A stretch of DNA of 63,727 nucleotides, filler included. It is 4 parts of 4 records of this genome, joined end to end, with 100 filler letters (N's around TTAATTAATTAA, not from the genome) between each part and the next. Parts side by side here need not be neighbours in the genome. Positions count along the whole stretch, not along the records: positions 34,107 to 53,285 come from SRR20825006_2892; positions 53,386 to 63,727 come from SRR20825006_2893; 2 more parts are not named here. One strand, given 5' to 3'. The position numbers were made by a program, and so were the translations under genes. The notes under the pieces are model-generated. The model saw only the letters and a program-made list of their open reading frames with translations, searched no databases and had not been told where the DNA came from. Positions 48,913 through 58,795 of the stretch are shown in pieces. Position 1 is the stretch's first letter. The number at the start of each line of letters is the position of its first letter.

Positions 48913-50142
48913 CTAACTGCGATAATCCCCATTGATAGTGATATAGCCATGGGTCAGATCACAGGTGTAAATGGTTGCTTTGCCTTCGCCCAATGCCAAA
49001 TGAACCGAAATTTCGATCTGATCATTTTTCATATAGGCGGCGGCATCTTCTTCCCGATAACGAGGCGAGCGCCGCCCTTGTTCCGTCAACAACAAATCAC
49101 CGAAGCGAATTTCCAACTTATCGCGATCTGCAGGCTGCCCGGCTTTGCCAACAGCCATGACCACACGCCCCCAATTCGCATCTTCCCCGGCAACCGCCGT
49201 TTTAACCAACGGTGAATTGGCAATAGAGCGCGCGATAATATCCGCGCTTTCATCAGAGGTGGCGCCATCTACGTTTACGGTGATCAGCTTTTGCGCCCCT
49301 TCACCATCACAAACAATTTGCAACGCCAAATCATGCAGCACTGCATTCAACGCCTCGGCAAAGCCTTCACAGCGCGGATCATCCAGATCTTCTATGGGAT
49401 CAATATTTGCCTTGCCCGTTGCAAACACCAAGCAGCAATCAGATGTCGACGTGTCACTATCAACCGTGATGGCATTAAAGCTTTTCTGGTTGGCTTTTTT
49501 CAGCAGCGCATCCAAAACAGGCGCAGCAACCGGCGCATCTGTGAAGATATAAGCCAGCATCGTCGCCATATTTGGCGCAATCATGCCGGAGCCTTTGGCA
49601 ATACCAGAAATATTGACCTCAACCCCATCCATCACCAACACAGCGCCCGCACCTTTGGCATAGGTGTCTGTGGTGCGGATAGCATTTGCCGCAGCCTGAT
49701 AATCGCCCAACTGGCTTTCATCCAACTTGCTGATGGTTTCCATCATCGGCGCTGGGTCTAGCGGCTCGCCAATCACCCCGGTGGAGGAGACAAAAATATC
49801 TTCTGGCGTACAGCCAATGAAGGCTGCAGCTGCTTGCGCGGTTTGCTCAACCGTTTCAGCACCCACTTTACCCACAAAGGCATTGGCGTTGCCCGCATTG
49901 ACCAGCAGGCCGCGAGCAACACCATTTTCAATATGTGCTTTGCACCAATCAATCGGTGCAGACGCACATTTTGACGTGGTGAACACCCCGGCCACTTTTG
50001 TGCCTTCACTAAATTTTGCCAACAGCAAATTGTTGCGGCCTTTATAGCCAGCACCAATAGGGGCGGTGAAAAGCTCCACCCCATCAATCACATTCAATTC
50101 AGCAAATTGCGCAGGCGCAAGTGGGGAGATGTTCAGTTCCAT
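48913..50142 (-). CDS. argJ: Ornithine acetyltransferase / N-acetylglutamate synthase ArgJ
   Basis: NAGNANA, STGVIG, KGSGMIAPNMATML (autocleavage Thr), DTSTSD, DANWGR, INGDYRS. Confidence 0.97.
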   Translation of the reverse strand: MELNISPLAPAQFAELNVIDGVELFTAPIGAGYKGRNNLLLAKFSEGTKVAGVFTTSKCASAPIDWCKAHIENGVARGLLVNAGNANAFVGKVGAETVEQTAQAAAAFIGCTPEDIFVSSTGVIGEPLDPAPMMETISKLDESQLGDYQAAANAIRTTDTYAKGAGAVLVMDGVEVNISGIAKGSGMIAPNMATMLAYIFTDAPVAAPVLDALLKKANQKSFNAITVDSDTSTSDCCLVFATGKANIDPIEDLDDPRCEGFAEALNAVLHDLALQIVCDGEGAQKLITVNVDGATSDESADIIARSIANSPLVKTAVAGEDANWGRVVMAVGKAGQPADRDKLEIRFGDLLLTEQGRRSPRYREEDAAAYMKNDQIEISVHLALGEGKATIYTCDLTHGYITINGDYRS

Positions 50143-50152
50143 CCAAAGGTTC

Positions 50153-51016
50153 CTATTCCACTATCTCGATGGTGAGTTCTTCTTTATTTTTGGCCACGAT
50201 CTCTTCGAACTTTTTAGCCAATACGCGTTGACGCACTTGCTGCTGCACTTGCTCAAATGCAGGTGGTTCTGCAGCTTTGCGATCTTCCAGCTTAATCACG
50301 TGCCAACCAAATTGAGACTGCACAGGCGCAGAAATTTTGCCAACCTCTAGCGCGTTTGCGGCCTCATAAAATTCAGGCACCATGTCACCTTCAGCAAAAT
50401 AGCCAAGGTCACCGCCTTGCGGACCGCTTGGACCAGTGGATTTAGCTTTTGCCACTTCCACAAAGTCAGCACCATTGTTCAACTCGTCAACAATGGCTTT
50501 CGCATCATCTTCGCTTTCAACCAAAATATGGCGAGCGCGCAATTGCTCTTTGCCTTCAAAATCTTTGAAGATGTCATCATATTCAGCTTTTACTTCTTCA
50601 TCAGTGATGCCTTTGGCCACAACTTCTTCCAAATAAGCGCGACGCAATGCACGATCTTCCAAATAGGCCTTGCGGCGAGCAAACACATCGCTATCCGCCA
50701 TGCCTTCATCCCGCGCAACCTGCGCCATCACTTTCATATCCACGAGCATCTGGATCACAAATTGACGACGCTGCTGCGGTGGAATTTGCGCAATGTCTTG
50801 GCCCAAATCTTCAATGGCATACACAAGGTCAAGTTCGGTGATGTTTTCATCGCCAACCTTGGCAACAACTTTCTCAGGATCAAACTGCGGCGCTTCCTGT
50901 TGAGTTGCGTCTTGTGCCATAGCGCCAGAGACCGCAAAGACCGAACCAACGGTAACAACCCCTCCCAAGACCAAAGCTGAGGTAAAGTTTTTAAGTTGGT
51001 GAATCATTCCGGTCAT
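50153..51016 (-). CDS. Periplasmic parvulin-type peptidylprolyl isomerase
   Basis: Signal peptide; RARHILV, GGDLGYF, MVPEF, FGWHVIK. Confidence 0.93.
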   Translation of the reverse strand: MTGMIHQLKNFTSALVLGGVVTVGSVFAVSGAMAQDATQQEAPQFDPEKVVAKVGDENITELDLVYAIEDLGQDIAQIPPQQRRQFVIQMLVDMKVMAQVARDEGMADSDVFARRKAYLEDRALRRAYLEEVVAKGITDEEVKAEYDDIFKDFEGKEQLRARHILVESEDDAKAIVDELNNGADFVEVAKAKSTGPSGPQGGDLGYFAEGDMVPEFYEAANALEVGKISAPVQSQFGWHVIKLEDRKAAEPPAFEQVQQQVRQRVLAKKFEEIVAKNKEELTIEIVE

Positions 51017-51097
51017 AAGACTTTCCTTTTTTCATGTGTGGCTGACTTTTCATCGTCAGATACAATTAGTCGTGAGGTTTGCGTGATTTGTGAAGCG

Positions 51098-51126
51098 TTG
51101 ACAAGACACTTTGCCAGCACTACATC
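51098..51126 (+). promoter_or_regulatory. Sigma70 promoter of secA (TTGACA-N17-TACATC)
   Basis: Perfect -35 at 51098-51103 and an alphaproteobacterial-style -10 at 51121. Confidence 0.55.
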
Positions 51127-51249
51127 TCCCAACGCTGCTTTTTTAGTGGCCAATTGTGGCATTTGATCGTGTCGCATGGAAATTCGAACACATTCCTGTC
51201 GCCTTGAAGGCTTAAAACCCGCTTTGAGGCATCAATAAGGACATTTGTC

Positions 51250-53285
51250 ATGGCATTAGCTGCACTGGCTAAAAAAATTTTTGGTTCTGCGAACGACCGT
51301 CAAATCAAAAAATATCGCCCTTTGGTTGACGCAATCAACGCAATGGAACCCGAAATCGCAGCGCTGAGCGACGATGAACTGCGCGCGAAAACAGAGCAAT
51401 TCAAACGTGAATTCCAAGAAGGTAAAACCTTAAAAGACCTTTTGGTTCCAGCTTTCGCCACCGTGCGCGAAGCGGCCAAACGGACCTTGGGCCAACGGCA
51501 CTACGATGTGCAGCTCATTGGTGGCATGGTGCTAAACGACAATGCCATCGCTGAAATGCGCACCGGTGAGGGTAAAACCCTTGTGGCGACTTTGGCCGTT
51601 TATCTCAATGCCTTGGCGGGCAAAGGCGTGCACGTGGTCACGGTCAACGATTACCTGGCCAAACGCGACGCCGAGTGGATGAGCCAAGTTTATGGCTTTT
51701 TGGGTTTAACCACCGGCATCATCATTCACGGTATTTCTGAAGATCAGCGCCGCGCCGCTTATGCCGCGGACGTTACCTACGGCACCAACAATGAATTCGG
51801 CTTCGACTATTTGCGCGACAATATGAAATATTCGCGCGAGCAAATGGTTCAACGCGGCCACAATTTCGCAATTGTTGACGAGGTGGACAGCATCTTGATC
51901 GATGAGGCGCGGACCCCATTGATCATTTCTGGCCCATCAGAAGATCGTTCTGATCTCTACATCAAAATCAATGCGCTCATTCCGTTGGTGGAAGAAGGTG
52001 ATTATGAGTTGGACGAAAAACAGCGTTCCGCCACATTTACCGATCAAGGCATTGAAAAGCTGGAAGAAGTTTTGCGCAAAGAGGAGCTGATTAAGGGCGA
52101 AAGCCTTTATGATGTGGAGAACGTGTCCATCGTTCACCATCTTAACTCCGCCCTCCGCGCCCATAAGCTTTTCACCCGCGACAAAGACTATATTGTGCGC
52201 AACAATGAAGTGGTGATCATTGACGAATTTACTGGCCGTATGATGCCGGGTCGTCGCTTCTCAGAAGGCTTACACCAAGCGCTTGAGGCTAAAGAAGGCG
52301 CTGAAATTCAGCCTGAAAACCAAACTTTGGCGTCTATCACGTTCCAAAACTATTTCCGGCTCTACAACAAGCTTGCAGGCATGACCGGCACAGCTTCAAC
52401 CGAAGCCGAAGAATTTGCCGATATTTACAAGCTCAGCGTGGTCACCGTGCCGACTAACCGCGAAATTGCGCGGATTGATGAGGAAGACGAAGTCTACCGC
52501 ACCGAGCCAGAAAAATATCAGGCCATCGCCAAAGAAGTGGCTGCTTGTCAACAAACAGGTCAGCCCGTTCTGGTGGGCACAACCTCGATTGAAAAATCAG
52601 AAATATTGGCCAACCTGCTACAAAAAGAAGGCGTGAAAGACATCAAAGTGTTGAACGCCCGACACCACGAGCAGGAAGCGCAAATTATTGCCAATGCGGG
52701 TATGCCCGGCGCCGTAACCATTGCCACAAACATGGCTGGCCGCGGTACCGACATTCAGCTCGGCGGCAATTTTGAGATGCGCGTTGAGATTGAATGTGAT
52801 GGCCTTGAAGGCGAAGAGCGCGACAAGAAAATCGAAGCGATCAAAGCCGAAATTGAAGAGAACAAGCAAAAGGCACTCGCTGCAGGCGGCCTTTATGTGG
52901 TTGGCACCGAGCGCCATGAATCTCGTCGGATCGATAACCAATTGCGTGGTCGTTCTGGCCGTCAGGGTGACCCGGGCCGTTCAAAATTCTACTTGTCATT
53001 GCAAGATGATTTGATGCGGATTTTTGCGCCAGAGCGCATGGAATCTATGCTCACCAAATTGGGTTTGGAAGATGGTGAAGCCATCTCTCACCCATGGGTT
53101 TCCAGCGCACTTGAACGCTCACAAACCAAAGTGGAAGCGCGCAACTTCGACATTCGTAAAAACATCCTCAAATATGATGATGTGATGAACGACCAGCGTA
53201 AGGTGATCTTCGAGCAACGCCTTGAGTTGATGGATGACGACAATGTGAGCGAAACCATCACCGAGATGCGCCACGATGTGGTGGA
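51250..53285 (+). CDS. secA: Preprotein translocase ATPase SecA, 3' end truncated
   Basis: [59 protein letters not shown]. Confidence 0.99.
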
Positions 53286-53385
53286 NNNNNNNNNNNNNNN
53301 NNNNNNNNNNNNNNNNNNNNNNNNNNNNNTTAATTAATTAANNNNNNNNNNNNNNNNNNNNNNNNNNNNNNNNNNNNNNNNNNNN
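53286..53385. other. Artificial contig spacer
   Basis: 44 N + TTAATTAATTAA + 44 N. Confidence 0.98.
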
Positions 53386-53396
53386 ATAGCAAATAT

Positions 53397-53419
53397 TATA
53401 GGGTTTTTAAAACCCTATA
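53397..53419. repeat. 11-1-11 palindrome, REP-like
   Basis: TATAGGGTTTT-T-AAAACCCTATA starts 11 nt from the contig start. Confidence 0.7.
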
Positions 53420-53502
53420 TAAGTGGGATACAGCCTATAACTTGTCAATTAATTAGCTCATTAAATTTATTCGGCTATCATATTTAAATAAGAAACAAAG
53501 AC

Positions 53503-55791
53503 TTGAAATCACACATACATACATACAAACTTCTTACACTATTAATTGCTATTGGACTTCTTACTAGCTGTAGTGCAGAACGTTTCGTGCCTGAAGGAAA
53601 ATTTCTTTATGACGGTGCAGAAGTTGTTATTGTAAATGATACAATTGTACAAGATGATGCAACGGTACAAACTCAATTAGAAGCAATTTTAAGACCAGAA
53701 CCTAACAACAAATTTTTAGGTAACAGGCCTGGTTTAACTTACTATTATAAAGCGCAGCGTGAAAAACCAGGTTTTTTAAATAAATGGTTAAATAAAAAAT
53801 TTGGAGAAGAACCAGTATACTTAGATAATGTACAACCATTGGAGGTTGAAGATATTATTAAAAACAGATTAGAGAATATGGGTTTCTTTTATACAGAGGC
53901 CAACTATGAGACCTATAGAGATTCAGCAAATAAAAGCGCAACGCTTAGCTATTCTGTAAAGCTGAAACAACCCTACAAGCTACAAAGCTATCAACTAGAT
54001 TCAGACTCATTATTAATATACCAACCTATAAAATCTACATTAGGAGATTCGCCACTTAAAAAAGGGAATCGGTTTGATCTTGGATTAATGAAGTTGGAGC
54101 GAGAACGCATAGATAGAGAACTAAAACAACGAGGATATTATAATTTTAATTCTGGATTCTTAATTTTTGAAGCAGATACAAATAGATATGATGCTAAAAA
54201 ATTCGACCTGTTTGTTAGGCTTAAAAAAGACGTGCCTAAAAAATCTATAATTTCATATAAAATTAGAAATGTAAACATATATCCTAACTATGTACAAGGC
54301 AATGATACCACTACTCAAGACTCCGTAAGATATGCCGATAAAAACTTTATACAGTCTGAAAATTTCTTTAAACCTAAACGCTTAGACCCATATATACTTT
54401 TAGAAGAAGGTAATTTGTATGATCCCGTAGCATCTAGAAATACAAGTAGACGACTGGCTGGTATTGGTGCCTATAAATTTGTGAATATAGATTATACGGA
54501 GATAGACACATTAGCAACAGATAGTTTGGGCATTCTAGATGCCAATATTTATCTGTCTCCATTAAATAAACGTGCTTTAAGAGCCGAGTTACAAGCGGTA
54601 ACTAAGTCTAACAACTTTGCTGGTCCTAACCTAGCATTAACCTTTACCAACCGTAATCTTTTTCAAGGAGGTGAAACCTTAAATATTACGGGAAAAGTAG
54701 GATATGAAACACAATTTGCAAGTGGAGAAAATGCTGGTTTAAGTAGCATAACTTTAGGTTTGGGAGCCGACTTAATTTTTCCTCGACTATTGTTTCCTGT
54801 AACAATTAGTAAGAATTACTTTAAATACGATATTCCTAAAACCAAGATTAGTTTAGAAGGAGATTATCTAAATAGAAGTCAGTTATACAGTATAACATCT
54901 GGTTCTGCAACTTTTGGATATTTATGGAATGCTAACAAGTATGTAACACACGAGCTTAACCCCATATCTATACAATACACAAAGCTTGGAAGCACTACAG
55001 ATGAATTTAACCAGATTTTAGAAGACAACCCATTTTTACAAAACAGTTTTGAGCAACAGTTTATAGCTGGTTTAACCTACTCTTTTTATTATAGCGAAAT
55101 GGCCTCTCGTAAGACGCATCAATTTTATTTAAATACAAATTTAGATATTGCAGGAAATACCGTTAGTCTGTTTGGCCAAGAAGGTGACAATGGTAAAGAC
55201 GAATTTTTAGGACTGGAGTATGCCCAATATGCAAAGTTAGACATAGATGTGCGTTACCATTTTAACTTTGGAAAAGAACAGAAAATAGCAACTCGCTTTT
55301 TTGCAGGTTATGGCTTGCCTTATGGAAATAGTGAGGTACTACCTTTTACAAAACAATATTTTTCTGGAGGTCCTTACAGTGTTCGTGCTTTTAGAACACG
55401 TAGTTTAGGTCCAGGAACTTTTCCCTTAAATAGCGAAGACGATAGGGAAGACACATTTTTTGATCAAAGTGGTAATGTAAGATTAGAAGCAAATATAGAA
55501 TACCGCTATCCTATATTTGGTGTAGTTAAAGGAGCTGTCTTTGCAGATGCTGGAAATGTTTGGAATACAGATAATGATGAAACGTCATTGCCTGGCGGCG
55601 AGTTTTCTTCAAACTTTATTAATGAGTTAGGAATTGGAGTAGGCACAGGCGTTCGCGTAGATATACAAGGCTTTGTAATTCGCTTAGATTATGCAGTGCC
55701 AATACATACTCCTTTTAAACCTGAAGGTGAACGTTATGGATTTGAAATTGATAACTCTGTACTAAACTTTGCTATTGGATACCCTTTCTAA
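53503..55791 (+). CDS. Omp85 (BamA/TamA) family outer-membrane lipoprotein, TamL-like
   Basis: Lipobox LLTSC; POTRA-like repeats (LENMGFF, LKQRGYY); barrel motifs RNLFQGGE and FSGGPYSVRAF; C-terminal IGYPF. Confidence 0.9.
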   Translation: MKSHIHTYKLLTLLIAIGLLTSCSAERFVPEGKFLYDGAEVVIVNDTIVQDDATVQTQLEAILRPEPNNKFLGNRPGLTYYYKAQREKPGFLNKWLNKKFGEEPVYLDNVQPLEVEDIIKNRLENMGFFYTEANYETYRDSANKSATLSYSVKLKQPYKLQSYQLDSDSLLIYQPIKSTLGDSPLKKGNRFDLGLMKLERERIDRELKQRGYYNFNSGFLIFEADTNRYDAKKFDLFVRLKKDVPKKSIISYKIRNVNIYPNYVQGNDTTTQDSVRYADKNFIQSENFFKPKRLDPYILLEEGNLYDPVASRNTSRRLAGIGAYKFVNIDYTEIDTLATDSLGILDANIYLSPLNKRALRAELQAVTKSNNFAGPNLALTFTNRNLFQGGETLNITGKVGYETQFASGENAGLSSITLGLGADLIFPRLLFPVTISKNYFKYDIPKTKISLEGDYLNRSQLYSITSGSATFGYLWNANKYVTHELNPISIQYTKLGSTTDEFNQILEDNPFLQNSFEQQFIAGLTYSFYYSEMASRKTHQFYLNTNLDIAGNTVSLFGQEGDNGKDEFLGLEYAQYAKLDIDVRYHFNFGKEQKIATRFFAGYGLPYGNSEVLPFTKQYFSGGPYSVRAFRTRSLGPGTFPLNSEDDREDTFFDQSGNVRLEANIEYRYPIFGVVKGAVFADAGNVWNTDNDETSLPGGEFSSNFINELGIGVGTGVRVDIQGFVIRLDYAVPIHTPFKPEGERYGFEIDNSVLNFAIGYPF

Positions 55792-55830
55792 AACCAGAGC
55801 TGTAAGCGTTAAATTTGTTGAAAAATATTA

Positions 55831-57120
55831 CTAAGGCCTTAAATCAATTAAATCAATTGGTTTTCTGCTCATTTTAGGAAACCGAATAGCGTTTAAAGAT
55901 ACTTTATCATGAAACTCAACGCGTGGCAACACACGAAGTTTTGCTCTAAAATGATCTTTAATCTCTTGCAGAAATGCTTCAGAAGGATGTTCTGTAGCTA
56001 TTTTAATTAATATTTCATCTGTTCCTAAATCATTGTGAGAAATTTCAATCACAAAACAAGATATTTCATTAAAGTGATTAAGTACATTATACATTGCTGG
56101 CGGATACAATGTGGTGCCTTTATATTTAATCATTTGTTTTTTTCTTCCTACAACTGGTCCTAAACGCATAGTGTTTCTTCCACAAGAACAAGGTTCTGTA
56201 TGTGCTTTAACCATATCTCCGGTTTTAAAACGTAATAATGGCATTGCCTCTACACCTAAAGTAGTTATAGTAAGTTCTCCAACCTCACCATTCTTAACGG
56301 GATTATTCTTTGCGTCTAAAATTTCTGCAATAATAAGTTCAGGATGATGATGTCCTCCTTGGTGTTCTGAGCACTCATTAAAGGCAGTACTCATTTCTGT
56401 GGAGGCATATGTAGAGTATAGCTCTATATCCCAAGCAGACGTTATCTTTTCAGACAATACATTTAAGGAAAAATCATCATTTCTTATAGGTTCACCAATA
56501 CAAATAGCGCCTTTTACTCCAGTATCTTTTAAACTAATATCATGTTGATTTGCAAACTCAATAAGCTTTAATAAAAAAGAAGGCACACAGATAAGATATG
56601 TAGGCTTAAACTTCTTAATGGTATCCCATTGTAATTCTGGAATACCAGAGCCTACTCGTATGATTCCAGAACCAAGCTTGCGGCTCCCTAAAAAATAGGC
56701 CAAGCCTGCCATAAATCTTCGATCTATAGTGGTCATTAATTGTAAGACATCATCTTTTTGCACACCGCTACATGCAAAAGAAATAGCCTCGTTATATGCT
56801 AATCTATCTAAATCTTTATCTGTTAGTGCAAATATTACGGGCTCGCCTAATGTGCCAGAAGTTGTTACATAATCTACAATCTTGTGATTTGGGACACAGA
56901 TAAATTGGTTGTTGTGTTGTTGTAGGTCTTCTTTAGTTGTTACTGGTAAATGTGTTAAATCTTCAAGTGTTTGTATTAACGATGGCTTAATGTTTTCACT
57001 TTTAAAAAGGTTCTTATAATATGTAGAATGCTCAGAAATGTAGGACAACATTTCTTTAAGTTTCAATTCCTGAAACATTTTTATTTTAACCGCAGATTGC
57101 GTCTCAATTTCTGGAATCAT
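55831..57120 (-). CDS. Phenylacetate-CoA-ligase-like aryl-CoA ligase (candidate FlxY-type starter ligase)
   Basis: LPVTTKEDL, TTSGTLG, STYASTE, EAMPLLRFKTGD, CSCGR, GRKKQMIKYKGTTLYP. Confidence 0.88.
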   Translation of the reverse strand: MIPEIETQSAVKIKMFQELKLKEMLSYISEHSTYYKNLFKSENIKPSLIQTLEDLTHLPVTTKEDLQQHNNQFICVPNHKIVDYVTTSGTLGEPVIFALTDKDLDRLAYNEAISFACSGVQKDDVLQLMTTIDRRFMAGLAYFLGSRKLGSGIIRVGSGIPELQWDTIKKFKPTYLICVPSFLLKLIEFANQHDISLKDTGVKGAICIGEPIRNDDFSLNVLSEKITSAWDIELYSTYASTEMSTAFNECSEHQGGHHHPELIIAEILDAKNNPVKNGEVGELTITTLGVEAMPLLRFKTGDMVKAHTEPCSCGRNTMRLGPVVGRKKQMIKYKGTTLYPPAMYNVLNHFNEISCFVIEISHNDLGTDEILIKIATEHPSEAFLQEIKDHFRAKLRVLPRVEFHDKVSLNAIRFPKMSRKPIDLIDLRP

Positions 57121-57121
57121 A

Positions 57122-58795
57122 TTAATTTACCTTCAATTTTTTAATGTACAAATTTATACGCTCTTCATCTGGAAGTGTTGTAATAACTTTTGTCTTGGCA
57201 TCTTGAAATGCTATTAAAGCTGCAGCTTTATAGCCTTTGTTTAAGTAGTACAATCCTTGTAGATAATACGGTTTCCAATAGTCAGGATTTAATGAGATAA
57301 GTGTATTAAATTTTACTCTAGGAATGTCATCTTCTTGCTTTAGGAGCATTTCAACTTCACGCTCTAAAACTCTGTAAGCCTCATAGTTTTTATAAGCTTC
57401 TGTAGTTAAAAACTTATCTTTTGAAATATTTAATGTTGACGTAGATAAACTTGTATTGTTCAATTTCGAATTGTCTTTTGAAAAAATTTCATTTAAATCA
57501 TAAGCTACAAATTCGCCTAATTGATAAGGGTTAGAAGACACCCAAACTTTTAATTGCTCTGGTTGAAACACAATGCCATGATGTGCTAAGAGCTGATTTA
57601 ATGCTTTTTCATTACCATAACCTAACGGCTGGTTATTCAAGCCATTTTTATTTCTTAAGATAGTGACAGCTTCAGTAACACTCAATTTATGTTCTTGAGA
57701 TAAGAGTTCCTGCATACGGTCATATCTATATTGAGAATGACTGTTTTTAATCCAATCTAAATTTCGTTGGTCTTGTTGGTAAGCTTCACTTTGAAAGTGG
57801 TTAGAACAAATTAGCTGTTGTGCACTATTTGGCACCTCATACACTCCAAAGTTTGAAGGAGAAACTTCAATTAAAGCCGCTTTTCCATCTTTTGCGCTTC
57901 CTATAAAAATTGCTTCAGATACAAACACCTCTCTTTTTTTTGCAATAGCTATAGCTTCATCTATAGTAGCTGCATATTGTAGTATTTCTCTAGCTACAAT
58001 TGATATTGGAGTCTTTGCAATTAATGGAATTTTAGATTTTCCTGCATTTATTGTTACCGTTAATCCTTGATTGTTCATGCCAGATACAACACCCATCATG
58101 CCGCCCCAAGTATAAGACATATACTTATAGCCATTATCTGGATTTACAAATGCAATTATCTTTTCTTCAGCAAACTCATCTCCTGCATAAAAGTCAAAAT
58201 TTCTTCCAATTAGTAAGTCACCATCTTCAGACTTCTCGTCCCAAACAGCAAATGAAGAACAACCTACTAAAGCTAAGTCTTGTAATGCATGACCTATGTC
58301 ATGCGCACCGTGAAGATATAATGATCTTAAATACGGTGATGCTATATAATCATACTCGTGCCCAGAGTATCTTGAAACACCATAAATTTCTGTCTTAAAC
58401 TCTTCGGGAATATAGGTGTACATTTTACGATTATACCACACTAAGAATTTTCGTAAAACGCCTTGCCAAGTTTTATTAGGTACAAGAGCATTTACTTTAG
58501 TAAAGAAAACAGACTCTTGCTTAATAATAAGCTCTTTTGTGAGGCTGCCAGTAATTAGTCCACGCTCTAAAGGATCTCCTTCTACATAAAGTTCCCAAAG
58601 ACCTTGCTTATTTTTTGTCAAGAAATTTTGTTCAATTCTAAATGTGGAGTCATTTATCGTTTCTCGCTCTACAATAGTTGAATTGTATGGAGCTGTTATT
58701 GGCTTATGGTTAATAGATTTGTTAATACCACAAGACCACACTAGTCCAAGGAAAAGTATGTATATAGGTTTATATGTAAATTTTTTGTTGAACAT
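57122..58795 (-). CDS. C45 family Ntn-hydrolase / acyl-CoA:amine acyltransferase-like lipoprotein with TPR-like tail
   Basis: Lipobox VWSC; autoproteolytic G|CSSF nucleophile; GRNFDF, SGMN..GL, CSNHF. Confidence 0.88.
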   Translation of the reverse strand: MFNKKFTYKPIYILFLGLVWSCGINKSINHKPITAPYNSTIVERETINDSTFRIEQNFLTKNKQGLWELYVEGDPLERGLITGSLTKELIIKQESVFFTKVNALVPNKTWQGVLRKFLVWYNRKMYTYIPEEFKTEIYGVSRYSGHEYDYIASPYLRSLYLHGAHDIGHALQDLALVGCSSFAVWDEKSEDGDLLIGRNFDFYAGDEFAEEKIIAFVNPDNGYKYMSYTWGGMMGVVSGMNNQGLTVTINAGKSKIPLIAKTPISIVAREILQYAATIDEAIAIAKKREVFVSEAIFIGSAKDGKAALIEVSPSNFGVYEVPNSAQQLICSNHFQSEAYQQDQRNLDWIKNSHSQYRYDRMQELLSQEHKLSVTEAVTILRNKNGLNNQPLGYGNEKALNQLLAHHGIVFQPEQLKVWVSSNPYQLGEFVAYDLNEIFSKDNSKLNNTSLSTSTLNISKDKFLTTEAYKNYEAYRVLEREVEMLLKQEDDIPRVKFNTLISLNPDYWKPYYLQGLYYLNKGYKAAALIAFQDAKTKVITTLPDEERINLYIKKLKVN

